Shown: positions 39,725-54,650 of the stretch, one piece after another
How the letters are laid out: the number at the start of each line of letters is the position of its first letter
Position numbering within the stretch: position 1 is the first letter of the stretch
DNA from: Eledone cirrhosa
Taxonomy: Eukaryota
Assembly (NCBI GenBank): GCA_964016885.1
Contig: OZ024758.1
Span: 32,178,001-32,242,000, forward strand
Length of the DNA stretch: 64,000 nt
Reading direction: 5' to 3'
Program-made: the position numbers and the translations under genes
Notes under the pieces: generated by a model
What the model was told of the DNA's origin: nothing
The model's input: only the letters and a program-made list of their open reading frames with translations
Database searches by the model: none

Positions 39725-41863
39725 TATATATATATATATATATGATGATATATATATATTTATGTGTGTGTATGTGTTTATTTATGTATACAGACACATA
39801 TGTATATTTATATGTATATATATTTGTGTGTGTATATATTTATGTATATAGCCGCACATACACAGACATATATTGACAATCCAGTTTTAACTGATGTATT
39901 ATTTTAGTAGTTAAATTTTTTGCGGCTTCTGTATAATTTTGCTGACATGACCGTTATTATGCAGCATTCTTTTTATATTAAAGATCTGAGAAAGATTAGT
40001 GCAAGTGCATTTGTACATTTGTAACCAATTGGTCATTGCTGAAGAATCTGCAATTGTGAATACAGATTGAGGACCAGTGAAATTGGAAGGTGGTGTTTAT
40101 GATTTTAATAGGGTACTTATAAGAACTTGGTGTTTATTTTGCAGTTTAATGGAAGGATTTTCTTTTTACTGAAAAAAAATAAGGAGAAAAATATAAAAAA
40201 AATAACAAATCAAAAGAAAAAAACCCACAGAAAATCCCATGGTATTATACACACAGTTTACAACTATGGATATAGCATACTTAAAAAACAAAACAAAAAC
40301 AATCAAATTGTGTGTGTGTATTGTATATGTAAGTTAATCTGGATACAGGAATTCATTTTAAGAAATTAACTATAGTTTATTACATCAAAATATTAAAAAC
40401 AATTGAATTTTTAAGTATTTATATGTTCTTTAATATAATAGAAAAATCCAAAAAAGCCATTAATAAAAAAAAAAGAAATGAAAAATTCACACAAAAGCAG
40501 TAGAAAGAAATCATTTTGAATGATAAATTTACTTAGGATATCCATGTAAACACACAGAGTAAAAAGAAATATATATATATTTTCTCTTTGTTTGTTGTTA
40601 TTTTATACTTATTTTGTTGTTAAATGTAGAATGACCAGACTGTAAGAAACAGTTATATCAAAATACTAAAAAAAAAAAAAAAAAAGTAACGGAAGGACAA
40701 TAAAATAGTATTCATATTGACTTTTGCTATTTACAATAATTTCTGCAATCAATTTTTCTTTATATGTGTCTTGATTTATTCTGATTTAGGATACTGATGT
40801 CTGTGTTATGACAATGACAAAAAAATTGTACTACTTTCAACGATGTTAGCAAGATTTTCAAATTCATCCAATGTAACTCCAATGAAGAAGAAATATATAA
40901 TGGAGATATTTCCTTGTTGGCCTATATTAATGGTTTCTGATTTAGGCACAAGGGAGGGGAAAGTTAATTAAATCGACCCCAGTGCATTACTGGTGCTCTA
41001 TTTTATTGACCCTGTAAGGATGAAAGACAAAGCTCACCTCGGCGGGATTTGAACGCAGACCATAAAGGGTCGTAACTCTATGCTTCAAAGCATGATGTCC
41101 GACACTCTACCGATACTGCCAATCCACCACCCTTTTTGTTGGCTTATAATAATTGTTTCTACGTTTGGCACAAGGCCAGCAATTACCCAGAACATTACTG
41201 GTACTTTATTTTGGCTTATAATAATTGTTTCTACGTTAGGCACAAGGCCAGCAATTACCCAGTGTATTACTGGTACTTTATTTTATCGACCCCGTAAGGA
41301 TGAAAGGCAAAGTTAACCTCTTATAATAATGAGTTCTATCGACTTTACTTTCTTAATTTTCTAAATTTCAAGAAAAAAACAATTATTTAAAAGATATTGA
41401 AATTTATAAAAAAACAAAATATGCAAGAGCTGTGTATATAAGGAGTTTTAAAACAATAATAGGAATGTATGATGAATTTCTAAGTGGTTAGTATAGGTTT
41501 AGTATCCTAGTTGACTTTATTTTTAGTGTCACGTTCTTTCATTTCTCTTTAATGGAGTAGGACAGTAAGAATTGTTTCAATTGCAACCAAATTATTCTTC
41601 CAATAAAGCTATTGTAATGCAGAAGTCTGGCAAACTATTCTGTTATAGAGGAGAGAAGGCATATTCTATCTCAGCTTGTAGTCATAATTTCATTTTTAAT
41701 TGATTGAAAAAAAACCCCGCTGAATTGTAGTAAAAATATATGAGTCTATGGTTCATGCTTGAGAATTGTGCTCTGAGTCAATACTCTGTGAGGCCTTTAA
41801 GAGGTGACATACTCATTTTCTCAATGGAGGCAGGAACACACACAGGTACACATGCATGCACAC

Positions 41864-42059
41864 TTAACCCTTTAGCATTTACATTACTCTATATTTACTA
41901 TGTATTTTCACAGTAAACATTTTATCACATAATATCGAATCTACGAGATTTTGATATTTATTTTGAGAACAATACCTTAGCATAAGTATGAGCAGTTTGA
42001 ACAGAAAGAGGTAACAGAATTCTGGCCAGATATGGCCAGTTTAAAAGCTAAAGGGTTGA
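41864..42059. mobile_element. piggyBac-type MITE
   Basis: TTAA-ccctttagc ... gctaaaggg-TTGA. Confidence 0.75.
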
Positions 42060-44039
42060 TTCTTTCATATAGTAGGAATTCATTAGTTAGAATGAACAAC
42101 AACAACAACAATAACAACAACAGCAGATAAGGACTGCATAGATACATGATATAGTCTGAAGTTACTGACCTACAGAACCAGGACTGGTGTTATAAGAGTA
42201 TCTGATAACAAATTTTATAATATTCAAACTATTATCAAATGTAAAAATAAGTTATTTTTCAGGAGTTACAAAAGGAGAAAAGAGCTGCAGCTGGTTGAAC
42301 AGATATCATATAAGATCACTATCATTTGAAAAGTCACCAGTTAAATATCCTGTTACTGATCAAGACCCTAGCCCCTGTTGCTCAGTACACCTAACTATAG
42401 ACACCATTGGACTAGTACAACTCTTTTTGTTACATTTATTTGTCCACTGTTGGATCTGGAAGAGGCAACAGGAAATGATACCAGTGTATTCTCCTTTAGA
42501 AATCCTGAAATTAGCAAGTTTGGCCTTTCTGCAACACATTCAACTGCATGAAGCAGTAAGAAACAACATCACCACCACCAACTAAAAGGAAGAGAAAGAG
42601 TTTATGGCTAACAACAATATATTTTTCTAACAAAGTATTCTTAATCTTGTTTCCAAGAATTTTAGTAAAAACAATAAAAAGATTGTAATAGGCAAGACTG
42701 TAGACATAATTTCTAAAGATGTAAAAATATACTGGAACAGAGCAATAGATATTTAAATGAAGAGAATAACTTGATGACCACTTGTGAATTTGATGAGACC
42801 CAAGAATTGGAAAAGAAATAGGTGTCATAAGAAACATAAGCAATATTTCTATTAATTGCTGGGACTTTAAGTGAAATGTATTCAACACAATTATCATCAT
42901 CATTGTTTAATGTCTGTTTTTCATGCTTGAATGGATGGGTTGTCATATACTGAAACCTAGACTCATTAGGTGACCACATGCTCATACTTTGTTCTGAGGA
43001 AATGAAACAAGCCTAAAAATTTGTTTTAATTCTCACTTGAAACTATTTCGCTTCAGTTATGTTACTTGTGCTCTTGAGAAAAGTTGTCAAAACTTACAAA
43101 TCTTTCCTCTTAAAGAAATTGGGCTTTATGCCTGTATAAGAAATATGGTTAAAAGTGAAGATGGTAACTCAGTAGTGTGTAATAATGATTTAGAATACTG
43201 GCATCTCAGTTTCAAATCATGATGGCAAATTCCTGCTTTACTATTTTATAACAACAAACATTTGGCACAAGGTCAGCAATTTGAAGGAATGGGGGGCAAA
43301 GGCGATTAAATCAACCCCGGTGCATTACTGGTACTTTATTTTATCAACCCCTTAATGATGAAAGGCAAAGTTAACTTCAGCAGGATTTGATCTCAGAACA
43401 TAAAAAAAAAGTTATGGTCCTTAATAATTGTTTCTATTTTAGGCACAAGGCCAGCAATTACCCAGTACATTACTGGTACTTTATTTTATCGACCCCGTAA
43501 GGATGAAAGGTAAAGTTAACCTCGGTGAGATTTGAACTCAGACCGTAAAGGACCATAACTCTATACTGCAAAGCATGGTGCCCGACTCTCTATCGATACT
43601 GCCAATCCACCACCCAATAATAATATTTATTGTTGTTGTTGCAAATTGCAGAAAATGAGCTAAACATTGAATTGGTAATTTGATATTGTTAATTAGAAAT
43701 AAAACATTGCTAATGAAACATGGTTAATTAAGAAAAAAAAAAACAAAAAAAAAACAATGTCCTTATTTAAATAGATTTTAGTTCCTTGGATAGAATCTTT
43801 AGCAACATATAATAATTATATTTTTAGTTTGTTCAACAGCTTTATATTCATTGAGAGAGAGAGAGGATGTAGTTTAGTATCTGTAGGACACAAGACAGAT
43901 TTAATCATATTGCTGCAGTTATGTGTACACTTCTATTTGATCTACTAGTTTGATATTGGTTATAAATTTGTTGTTTACTTTAATTCTCATATCAACGCAT
44001 ATTTTGCAACTAAATTGTTAAATAATTTTTTAAAATCCT

Positions 44040-44845
44040 TTAACCTTTTAACATTTACATTACACTATATATACTATTGTATCTTCACAGTAAAGGCTTT
44101 ACCTCACATAACATCTACATTACTCTATATATACTTTTATATTTTCACAGTAAAGGCTTTACCTCACATAACATTTACATTACTCTATATATACTATTGT
44201 ATTTTCACAGTAAAGGCTTTACCTCACATAATATCTCACATAACATTTACATTACTCTATATATACTATTGTATCTTCACAGTAAAGGCTTTACCTCACA
44301 TAACATTTACATTACACTATATATACTTTTATATTTTCACAGTAAAGGCTTTACCTCACATAACATTTACATTACTCTATATATACTATTGTATCTTCAC
44401 AGTAAAGGCTTTACCTCACATAACATCTACATTACTCTATATATACTATTGTATTTTCACAGTAAAGGCTTTACCTCACATAATATCTCACATAACATTT
44501 ACATTACTCTATATATACTATTGTATCTTCACAGTAAAGGCTTTACCTCACATAACATCTACATTACTCTATATATACTATTGTATTTTCACAGTAAAGG
44601 CTTTACCTCACATAATATCTCACATAACATTTACATTACTCTATATATACTATTGTATTTTCATGGTAAAGGTTTTATCTCTCATAATTATCCTCATAAT
44701 GTCGAATCTACGAAATTTTGATATTTTGATATTATAGAGAACAATACCTTAACATCAGTATGAGTAGCTGGTTACGGCCGGTTTGAACAGAGAGAGGTGA
44801 GAAAATTCTGGCCAGATACAGCTGGTTTAATTGCTAAAGGGTTAA
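44040..44845. mobile_element. Same MITE with an internal ~60/71 bp tandem array
   Basis: Repeated acatttacattactctatatatactattgtatcttcacagtaaaggctttacctcacata. Ends gctaaagggTTAA. Confidence 0.82.
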
Positions 44846-45297
44846 ATCCAAAATACTTTAGATAGAATGGCACCCTAAGAGTTCTTAGAATGATAAACTG
44901 TCTCTTTAGATTTCAAGCAATAAACCAGCTGACTCTAGATTTTATTTATTTATTTCAGAAATTATTTTCATTGTCCACAAACCAATGATAATGGTTTCTG
45001 ATCATCTGAAGTAGAAAGCCAAGAATTTGGGGGGAGGGGAAAGTTGATTAATTCGACTCCAGTGCATTACTGGTACTTTATTTTATCAACTCCGTAAGGA
45101 TGAAAGGCAAAACTAACCTTGGCAGGATTTGAACTCAGAATAAAGGGTCGTAACTATATGCTGCAAATCGTGTTGTCTGATACTCTATCAATTCTACTAA
45201 TCCACTGTCCTTAAATCAATAATAATGCTGAAGAATAGTTTGAATTGATAATGCCAAACATTGGTAATAATTAGTTGATGTCTTATAAGTAAAAAGA

Positions 45298-45389
45298 CAG
45301 ATTTTAGGGTTTAGTGGTGACAAGATAGGATTTTAGGGTTTAGTGGTGACAAGATAGGATTTTAGGGTTTAGTGGTGACAAGATAGGAG
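45298..45389. repeat. 3 x 29 bp tandem repeat
   Basis: gattttagggtttagtggtgacaagatag three times. Confidence 0.85.
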
Positions 45390-46060
45390 TATGGAATACA
45401 GGGATGGTTATCAATATTATGTGTCCTGTGGGATTTCCAATAGAGAGAAATTGATTATTTAAATTATATCTTATTTTAGTTGACACAAAGGCCAGTCAGA
45501 CAAATAGATAGGTAGACATACACACACACACATATATATGTATATATTATATATATATATTTAGAGAGAGAGAGAAGGGGGGGGGGAGAATGAGAAATAT
45601 TTGTAATAGAGAAAATATTTGTTATGTCCATTACATTAGCAGTAGTATCAAAACGAAGTCTAAATCTCTAAATTCCTAAATCCCTAAATAACCTGAGTAG
45701 AGAAACCTTAATGTCTTCCATCTTGAAACCCCTTTGGTATATAATCCATAGCGAGCCAGCAATGTTCACAGCCATTTGATTGAGAAAATAAAAACTGTTT
45801 TCCTTGATTTGCCACATGATATTTACTCAAACCTTTTCAAACATTCATTGATTATATGGAAACAGACAGACAGACAAATAATAAATGTTGAGGATTTGTA
45901 AGGTAAGGAATGACAAATAAAAAAAAAAATGCAAGAGGAAAACTAGATGCCTGGATTCTTTTCCCCAAAATATATTAAAGAATAATTTAGCCACAAATGA
46001 AGCTGTTGATTTTTAACTTTTATTTCTAGGGTTCTAGGAGTGGAACACACACACACACCC

Positions 46061-46093
<33 letters not shown>

Positions 46094-48406
46094 TTAAAAA
46101 GTGACAAAAATATAAAAATGTAAATATTGATTATCATTATCGTTATTATTATTATTGTTGTTATTAGTCAATATTTAAAAAATTTTCAGGATTAATTTAA
46201 AAAAAAGACTAGGAATGGGAGCAGGGAATAAAATATAGAATGTAAATGGAGAGAGAGAGACTAACATTTTCAAAACCTTGTGAGTGAAATATGATAGATG
46301 GGAACCGAGTGTTGGAGGGAACCATTCCTGTCACCTTTTTTTTTTAGATATTGGCACCTGACTCTTGTGTGCTTTTAGAAAAATCTACTCTGTTACAAGC
46401 ATTTGAGCCAGGTCTCCAGTTTTAGGATAACTTTCACCCTTTTTCCAACCCAGGGCCAGATTAAAATCTTTAGAGACCCTAAACAGTGACGAGTAGGGTA
46501 GCCCTATATACTGTATATGGGTGAAAAAAACAATCTTTATGGAGTCCCTCATTACTTGAGGCCCTTATGGGGTACCTTGTTACTTGAGACCCTAAGCACA
46601 TGCTTATTTTGCTTAATTGTTAATCTGCAGTCACTACCATCATTCGTAATGACTTTGGCAAGGCATTAAAAGAAAGAAAAGGAGTGGTGGGTGGGGTGAG
46701 AAGGGAAAGCATTAGTTGCAAGAAATATTCTAAAATGCAAAAGCCAAATTGTATTTCAACATAATTCCAACATAAAACCTTTCAAAGTAACTTTTTCTTT
46801 TGTTTCGTAGATTTTTATAAATTGATTTATTTTGTTGTTGCATACATATTACATAGCCAACAATAAGATCAAGTGTAAAAGAGATGAAAGGCTAAAAAAA
46901 AAATAACAATAATAATAATAATGGTTTCTTATGTTAGCACAAAGCCAACAATTTTAAGAAAGGGGAAAGTCGATTATATCGACCCCAGTGTGTTACTGGT
47001 ACTTTATTTTATTGACCCCGCAAGGATGAGGGGGAGGCGGCGATAAAATAAAGTACCAGCAATGTACTGGGATTGCTTCAATCGGCTTTCCTCCTTCCCT
47101 TCAAATTGCTGGCCTTGTGCCAAAAGTAGAAACAATTATTATTGTTATAATAATAATAGTTTCTGGCACAAGACCAGCAATTTTGGAGGAAGGGAAAGTC
47201 GATGAAATCAACTCTGTAAGGATAAAAGGCAAAGCTAACCTCGGCGGGATTTGAACTCAGACTGTAAAGGGCCGTAACTCTATGCTGCAAAGCATGGTGT
47301 CCAACGTTCTACCAATACTGCCAATCCACCACCCTATATAATAATAAGTTAGTTCCTGGCCAGTAAAAGTAGAATATAGTTTATCAATCATAACAAACAA
47401 ACAAAACAGTAGTAGTAGTTAATAATGTTGATGATGATGATGATGATGATGATGAAGTTTATGATAATAACAATAACAACATGTGAGGAAAATATCGCAA
47501 GAGTTCATTTTCCTTATCATTTTTTTTTTTGTTTTTTTTGCTATCAAAACGTTGTGCATATCAAAAAGTGCAAACTGGTTTGTGGCATTGAACACAAAAC
47601 CTTAAGAGTTTGAGGTTTGAGGTCACATGGTACTGAACACCAACCAATACCATGTGGCCTCAGGGATTGAAGTTTATTTTTTTTTTTATTAAACATAAAA
47701 AGGATATTAAAATAGCAAATGGAAAAGGGAATAAAAATATACCAATAAATCCCAAAAATAACATAATAAACAAATGTTAAGTGAATGGGGGGGGGGGAGA
47801 GATTAGCATTAAACTTTGTTGTATGGGTATGTGAATATATATCTTTGTATGTGTGTGTGCGTGCGTATGTATATATATATATACACACAGACACACACAC
47901 ATATATATATATATACATACATACACACATGTATATATATATATAGGGAATGTAATGTCTAGTTACTGTACACACACACATACACATATATATATACACA
48001 CACACAAGCCAAAACTGCTTGGTGCCACAGTCGGGATTTTACAAATCTCTCTCTATGTGTATATATATATATTAGTAGAGATGACTCATATTTATTTCAT
48101 ATAGCAATGTTATGTACAGGACAAGAACTGTTTACATTCTTTTGAAATCATCAGGAATTCTTATTCTGATGATTTTAAATGAATTAAACATTTCTAGTGT
48201 GGTATAAGTTATTTCTAGATGAAATATATATATATATATATATACACACACATATGTATGTATGGATGTGTGTTTATATATATACAGAATGTTTTCTAAC
48301 ATCCACACTTTTTTTTCGCTATATATATATATAGAAAAGAATTGTGGATGTTACAAAACGTTCTACAAGGTATATATATAAAAGATCTTATGTCACAGAG
48401 ATCCTT

Positions 48407-48448
<42 letters not shown>

Positions 48449-48577
48449 AGGTATATATTGAGTTAGAAACTCAAAATAGTCTCTTTCAATAAAATAGCTC
48501 AAGGAAAGAGATTTTTCCGAGCCGTGTATTATAATTGAACATAAAAGAAAGATGAACACAGATATATACATATATGT

Positions 48578-48702
48578 GTTCAAATCGTAAGTTTATTTAC
48601 AAACAATTCCGGTTTGTATTTATTTTCTTGATTTATTCTTAAACTGAGTCAGGCAAACCCTATTTTTCACCTTAGCGAATCTGGTCCCTTACGATTTGAA
48701 CA

Positions 48703-48703
<1 letters not shown>
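48578..48703. mobile_element. Short MITE-like element
   Basis: tgttcaaatcgtaag / cttacgatttgaaca inverted ends. Confidence 0.5.
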
Positions 48704-48734
<31 letters not shown>

Positions 48735-48956
48735 CCAGGTGTGCTTTTCAACCTTTTTTCCCCTTATATATATATGCACATACTTACACATACATAGAAA
48801 AAGAGTTAATATTAGGCAAAATTAAATGAACAGTTGAGGTTAGGAAGAGGAAAAGGTAGGTGGAAATATACAAAAAAAAAAATGATTGGAGGTGGTGGAG
48901 TCATGGAATTTTGAAAAGTCAGCAATAAAAGATAGAGCAAATAAAGGAGTGAGAGA

Positions 48957-49025
<69 letters not shown>

Positions 49026-51244
49026 AGAGATGGAGAAAATGAAAGAGAAATAGACTGAAAAGTTGGAACATAAGAAGGTGGGGGAGGAATGAATTTATAA
49101 AAAAAGTGTATTTTCATTAAATTGCTACCACCACTACCACACCATCCCCTCAACCCCCCCCCATATCACCACTACTACACCTTCCACTCCCTCTCCATCA
49201 CCTTAGTAAACTAACATAACAATTTTCTTAACTCTTCAATGACTTTTGAGGTTGGAAGGTGGAATTATAATTGTATCTACCTTTAGTACAAGGTCAGTAA
49301 TTTGGGGAGGGGTAGGTGAAAGTTAATGAAATCGGCCCCAGTACTGGACTGCTACTTTATTTTATTGCATCCCCCACACACGGGAAAGATGAAAGGCTAG
49401 GCTGACCACAGCTGGATTTGAACTCAGAATGTAAAGAGCTGTGATTAAATGTCACAAAGCTCTAACAATTCTGCCAACCCACCACCCTTGATAATTAATT
49501 CTGATTTAGGGCAAGGGGAAGGAGGGGAAGTTAATTATATCAACCCTAGTACTTAATTTTATCGACCCCGCCAGAATGATGAAAGGCAAAGTTGACCTTG
49601 GTGGGATTCAAGCTCAATAATAATTGTTTCTACATTTGGCATAAGGCCAGCAATTAACCAGTGCATTACTGGTACTTTATTATATTGACCCTGTAAGAAT
49701 GAAAGGCAAAGTTAACCTCGGCGGGATTTGAACTCAGAATGGCAAGGGCCGTAACTCTATACGTCAAAGCATGGCGTCCGACCCTCTACCAATACTGCCA
49801 ATATAATGATAATAATGTTTCTACTTTTGGCACAAGGCCAGCAATTACCCCAGTGCATTACTGGTACTTTATTTTATTGACCCTGTAAGGATAAAAGGCA
49901 AAGTTAACCACAGCAGGATCTGACCCCTGAACGTAAAGGGACATAACTCTATGCTGCAAAGCATGTTGTTCGACATTCTACCGATACTTCTAATCCACCC
50001 ACCTCATATAATAATAATAATAATAATAAAGGTGATGATGATTTAATGAGATGAAGGGAACTGTAAAATGGATTGACAAGAAGGAAAAAAAAACAAAAAG
50101 AAACCAAAACAAATAAAAAAACAACAAAAAAAAACAACACAAGTTGAAATTGGAACTAAATTACTCAGCAGTGCAAGAACAAAAGGTGCAAATAATTAAT
50201 AGTCAGGTAATGCCTGTTTTTAGCACTTACACTAACAGATCTATCTGTTAGTGTACACCTGAGAGTTGGCAGGTGAGATTTTCTGTAAAAATTTCATAAT
50301 TTCAACTGAGAAATATGTTTTATTTTTGGAAGGATCCAGAGAAATGTTTTTTTAATCTATTTTTTTAGTTTGTTATTTGTTCATTCTTTCTTTCTTTCTT
50401 TTTTTTTTGTTTTCTTCTTTCTTACAGTCATTCGTTCTTGGTTTATTATTTTTTTTTTTCCAGGAAATCCGTGTAAAGATAAAAAGTACTTATTTATTAG
50501 TTTTTTTTTGCTAATTATTAATTTGTTTTTCTTAATAATTGCAATGATATTTTCTTCATAAGACAGGAGCTGGACAACAGTTCAATCATGTGTAAAAATT
50601 TCTTCTACTCTATTATAAAATAATTTTTCTCTTTTTTTTTTCATTATGACTACTATGTCATTTTGCTGTTTGGTGATAAGAACTCCACCTCTTCAGCATC
50701 ACAGAATAAAATCCAGTCAACCGGGGAAAATATAACTAAATAACTAGATTGTAATCTTCAAATTTTTTTTCCATTAATTTCTTCTTTTTTTTTCAGTCAA
50801 TATTATATGGAAGAACATATATTTCGCTCTAACAGATAGACTTGCTCTTGTCTTTAAAGAAATAAGAAATTAAATTTATTTGTCTTTAACCATTATTGTT
50901 ACGAAGTAACATTCTTTTTGGTATTCCATTTTTAGTTTCACTACAAGAATACTTTTCATTTTTTTAATATATTTTTTAGAAATAATTTTTGTAGTTTTTT
51001 AGACAGGCTTTTGAAACAAGTTTCACATCAAAAATAAAGTTTAAAAAAACCCAACAAAAACAAAAACAAAAACAAAATCATATCAGACATGTTTTTTTAA
51101 AAATTCTATTACAGAATTTGAAAAGAAAAAAAAATCTCTGCATCATTGTTAAACTGCATTGGTTGTACAGCAGTACATTTGAAAACAACTAGCAGACAGA
51201 CTGAGGGGATTCTCTGAGTAACATATGTGGAACAATAGATAGAC

Positions 51245-51322
51245 TTATATTGGCATATGAGCTAACTGGTAGAAATCAGGTTCATCTTCTTCTTCTTCAC
51301 TGTCTTCTTCCTCTTTGTCCAA
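51245..51322 (-). CDS. SLC4A2: SLC4 anion exchanger, terminal coding exon (LDKEEEDSEEEEDEPDFYQLAHMPI*)
   Basis: ttcag acceptor, phase 0. Acidic tail ends MPI like the MPV of AE1-3. The symbol is approximate (AE1-3-like). Confidence 0.88.
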   Translation of the reverse strand: MDKEEEDSEEEEDEPDFYQLAHMPI

Positions 51323-51893
51323 CTGAAATAAAGAATGAAAGAATACACTGAAGGACATTTTGACCATAATTTAGTTTATAAGAGAACTCTATTCAACAGT
51401 TTATGAAAAAACAACTCATATTGATACACATATATACTTTTTTCTTCATTGCAATAGAAAAGAGGAATAGAACCAAATTATTCAACTATTTCTGAACAAT
51501 GAAAGAACTCAGTACATCATTAGATATAAAATAGAAATACTTCTATCTATATAGAGTGGGTAAAATTCTCAAGATCCATGGATGAGTTCTCTGCAGCAGT
51601 CTCTGTCCTTCATCATCAATGCTATGCCCTAAGAAATACTTAAAAGATATAAATCATACAGAAATGGAACTAAAACCTAAGGATTATGAAATACCAAGAA
51701 AACTAATGAACTTTAATAGTTCTATTAACTATTTAAATGTCAAATTAGATATTTCCAATAAATACAAACACTTTGGAAAATTTCTGCTGAATAGTTGGAA
51801 AAAGACACACAATTATTTACCATGAAAACTTATGCACTCACATAATTCTTTCTTTGATATTATCAAAGTAAGGTACTTATAATCTTAACTGTT

Positions 51894-52240
51894 TAACCCT
51901 TTAATGTTCAAACCGGCCAGAATTCTCTACCTTTTTCTATTGAAACTGGCTGTAACTGGCCACTCAAACTGATGTTAAGGTATTGTTCCCAAAATAAATA
52001 CTTTCAAAATCTCATAGATTCGATATTATGTGAGATAAAGCCTTTACCATGAAAATATAATTGTTTCTACGTTAGGCACAAGGCCAGCAATTACCCAGTG
52101 TATTACTGGTACTTTATTTTATCGACCCCGTAAGGATGAAAGGCAAAGTTAACCTCGGCGGGTTAACTTTGCCTTTCATCCTTACGGGGTCGATAAAATA
52201 TAATAGTATATATAGAGTAATGTGAATGGTAATGGGTTAA
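51894..52240. mobile_element. piggyBac-type MITE with a nested palindromic SINE fragment
   Basis: TTAAccc...gggTTAA ends. SINE piece at 52058-52200. Confidence 0.72.
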
Positions 52241-52659
52241 CTTGACACTTCAACTGTCATAAAGTTGTGCTTTATTATCCCTTTAGCATTCGCATTAATT
52301 TTCAAACGTCATGCTTATCTGTTCGCATTCGGCAATTTGGCAGTATCGGTAGAGGGTTGGACCTCATGCTTTCTAGCATAGTTACATCCTATTACGGTCT
52401 GAGTTCAAATCCCATCGAGGTTAACTTTGCCTTTCATCCTTACGGGGTCGATAAAATAAAGTACCAGTAATGTACTGGGTAATTGTGCCAAAAGTAGAAA
52501 CAATTATTTTGAGTTAATCATACTCAAGAGGGTTATCAATTTTATTTGTTTGTAATTTTCTTAATTTTCTATGTGCAGGATGAAATTTTGTCAGTAGATG
52601 TTTAAATGTCAATAATTTACAATTATATAATTTTACCTGATATTTTTGGTCAAATTTGA

Positions 52660-53400
52660 CTTTTATGGGCAGATGAAATTAAATAGGGGCATTTGAAGTA
52701 TCAACCAGGTGCAAATACTGGTTTAATTTTAAATACGTTGTTTTCGGCATAATACTTGATATATAAGAATCACTAAACCTTATATCAGTGTTCCAGTAAT
52801 TCCACAGTCTTGGAAATTGTTTTATACCGAACATAATATTTACGGTAAAAAATGCTTGCATTTCCACAGCATCTGTCGGTTGCCAAACAGATCAGGTTTT
52901 CCTTGATTTGAAATCTGTTGTTGGGCATATCGATTAATCTCTTCTGCCACAACTTCGAAGAAGGTTTGTGGTAAAAACAAAAAGAAATAATCCAGTGCTT
53001 TAGCATTGGGAACTAATGTGTGTTGTAGACCAGTAATTTGAATAAAATCGGGAACATATATTTGTGTCGTATTTTTCAACCACGTTGCTGTAATATTTTC
53101 AATGGCGTCCTGGAGATCTCCTTCGTTTTCACTTTCAAAACAATCATCGTTGGATGAAATTTCAGAAATGTAAACATCTCATACATTTGAAGATAAATCA
53201 CTAATATTATCGTTTGTTTCTTGTTTATTCTGAATGTCGTCGTGTGTAAAACCTTCAAAGTCGGTATCGTTACTTTCATAAGCCATGTTGATACAAAAAA
53301 AAAATTTGTTGCACTTTCAAAGTTAAATAAACACATTGTTTTAAGTTGTTTCACTATATTAAGTGTTAATTTTCGCGGTAAGGGCCTAATCTCGCAGCAG
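52660..53400 (-). pseudogene. piggyBac transposase N-terminal relic (PGBD-like)
   Basis: LDYFFLFLP..VAEEINRYAQQ and EMQAFF..IMFGI..PRLWNYW..ISSIMP..LHLVD across frameshifts. Confidence 0.8.
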
Positions 53401-53544
53401 TCTTGAATTGACGAGATTTTGATGATGATTTATTTATTTTTAGAATGATTTTTTAGTGTGGGTGTTTTCGGGCGGTTTGAACACTAAATATACATACAGA
53501 CACATTTTTTTTAATGTATATTATTTTGCATATTATATACTTTA

Positions 53545-53748
53545 GGTGCCACGAAAAAGCACCCAGCACTCACTGTAAATGAGGTTGGTGTTAGGAAGGG
53601 CATCCAGCTGTAGAAATCCAGCCAAATCAGTTCCTGTATGAGCAAAGCATGGTCAGCCGACCTGACACTGCCCACAACAGGACAACCCGTCTAACCCATG
53701 CTAGCGTGGAAGAACGGACGAAAAACGGTGATGATGATCATAATGATA
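53545..53748 (+). mobile_element. RTE 3' UTR fragment
   Basis: Matches 2562-2770. Confidence 0.85.
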
Positions 53749-54650
53749 CTTTATAATTATATTATATTATTAAATGTATATTATATACTTTAAAGTCTAA
53801 AGTCTGTCTCGAGCCCAAAAGCTCATCAAGCCGGTGCTTATCTCGGTTTTCTTGGCATTAAGTGACTGAGAGTACAAGACTCCCCCTTGGACAGGACACC
53901 AGTCCATCACAGGGTTAAACCCCCAGCTATTGCTGATACTCATTTTCAGGTGAATATACTGGAGCAAGGAGAAATGGTTCGCTCAAGAAGACAACACAAC
54001 CCAGTCCAGGAATCAGGCCTATCATAAGTCCAACACACCCATTAACATGGCAACAATAGCTAGCACATAATGAATTATGATCCTATCAACCTCATAGCAT
54101 GCCTAAATGGAATTTGGTACCACTCACCATCATTTAATATCCATTTTCCCTGCTAACAAGGATTAGTCAAGCTATCACAGACATAGTCCGTACTCAAGTA
54201 GAGCTACTAACCTCTAAGATGGTAGCAAATACAAGAGAATATATCAAATATTGTAGCAAGATATATCAGCCAAAGGTGGTGGATTGGCAGTATTGGTAGA
54301 AAATCAGACAAAATGCATTGTAGTATTTATATTCTGGGTTCAAATCCTGCTAACGTCAATTTTGCCTTTCATCTTTCTGGGGTCAAAAAAATATAGTACC
54401 AGTCAAGTACTGAGGTTGATTCACTCAACTTTGCCTTTACCTCAAATTTGCTGGCCTAGTGCCTAAATTAGAAATTAATCTTATGAATTCTAATATGTTG
54501 ATGGTATAGATCCATAACTCCTGAGGGGGTCATATGGATGCCATGTTGACATATGCTATTTTTAGGGCATTTAAAAAAAATCTGGTGATATATATGTTGA
54601 TAAAAGACTTAATGCTAGCTAAGTTCAAAGTAGTAAATATATATACTTAC

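Larger units (their letters stand above)
40930..50005 (-). mobile_element. Cluster of 10 or more tRNA-derived Nin/Deu-like SINE copies
   Basis: The block tggtactttattttatcgaccccgtaaggatgaaaggcaaagttaacctcggcgggatttgaactc recurs near 40.9-41.3, 43.3-43.6, 45.0-45.2, 46.9-47.3 and 49.3-50.0 kb. Confidence 0.8.

Noticed and set aside
42990-43012. CTGAGGA-aat-GAAAC
   Set aside because: No stem II and no closing stems, so a chance match.
44015-44737. 240 aa repetitive hydrophobic ORF
   Set aside because: Tandem array inside a MITE.
45298-45389. Interstitial telomeric repeat
   Set aside because: Only one TTAGGG per 29 bp unit.
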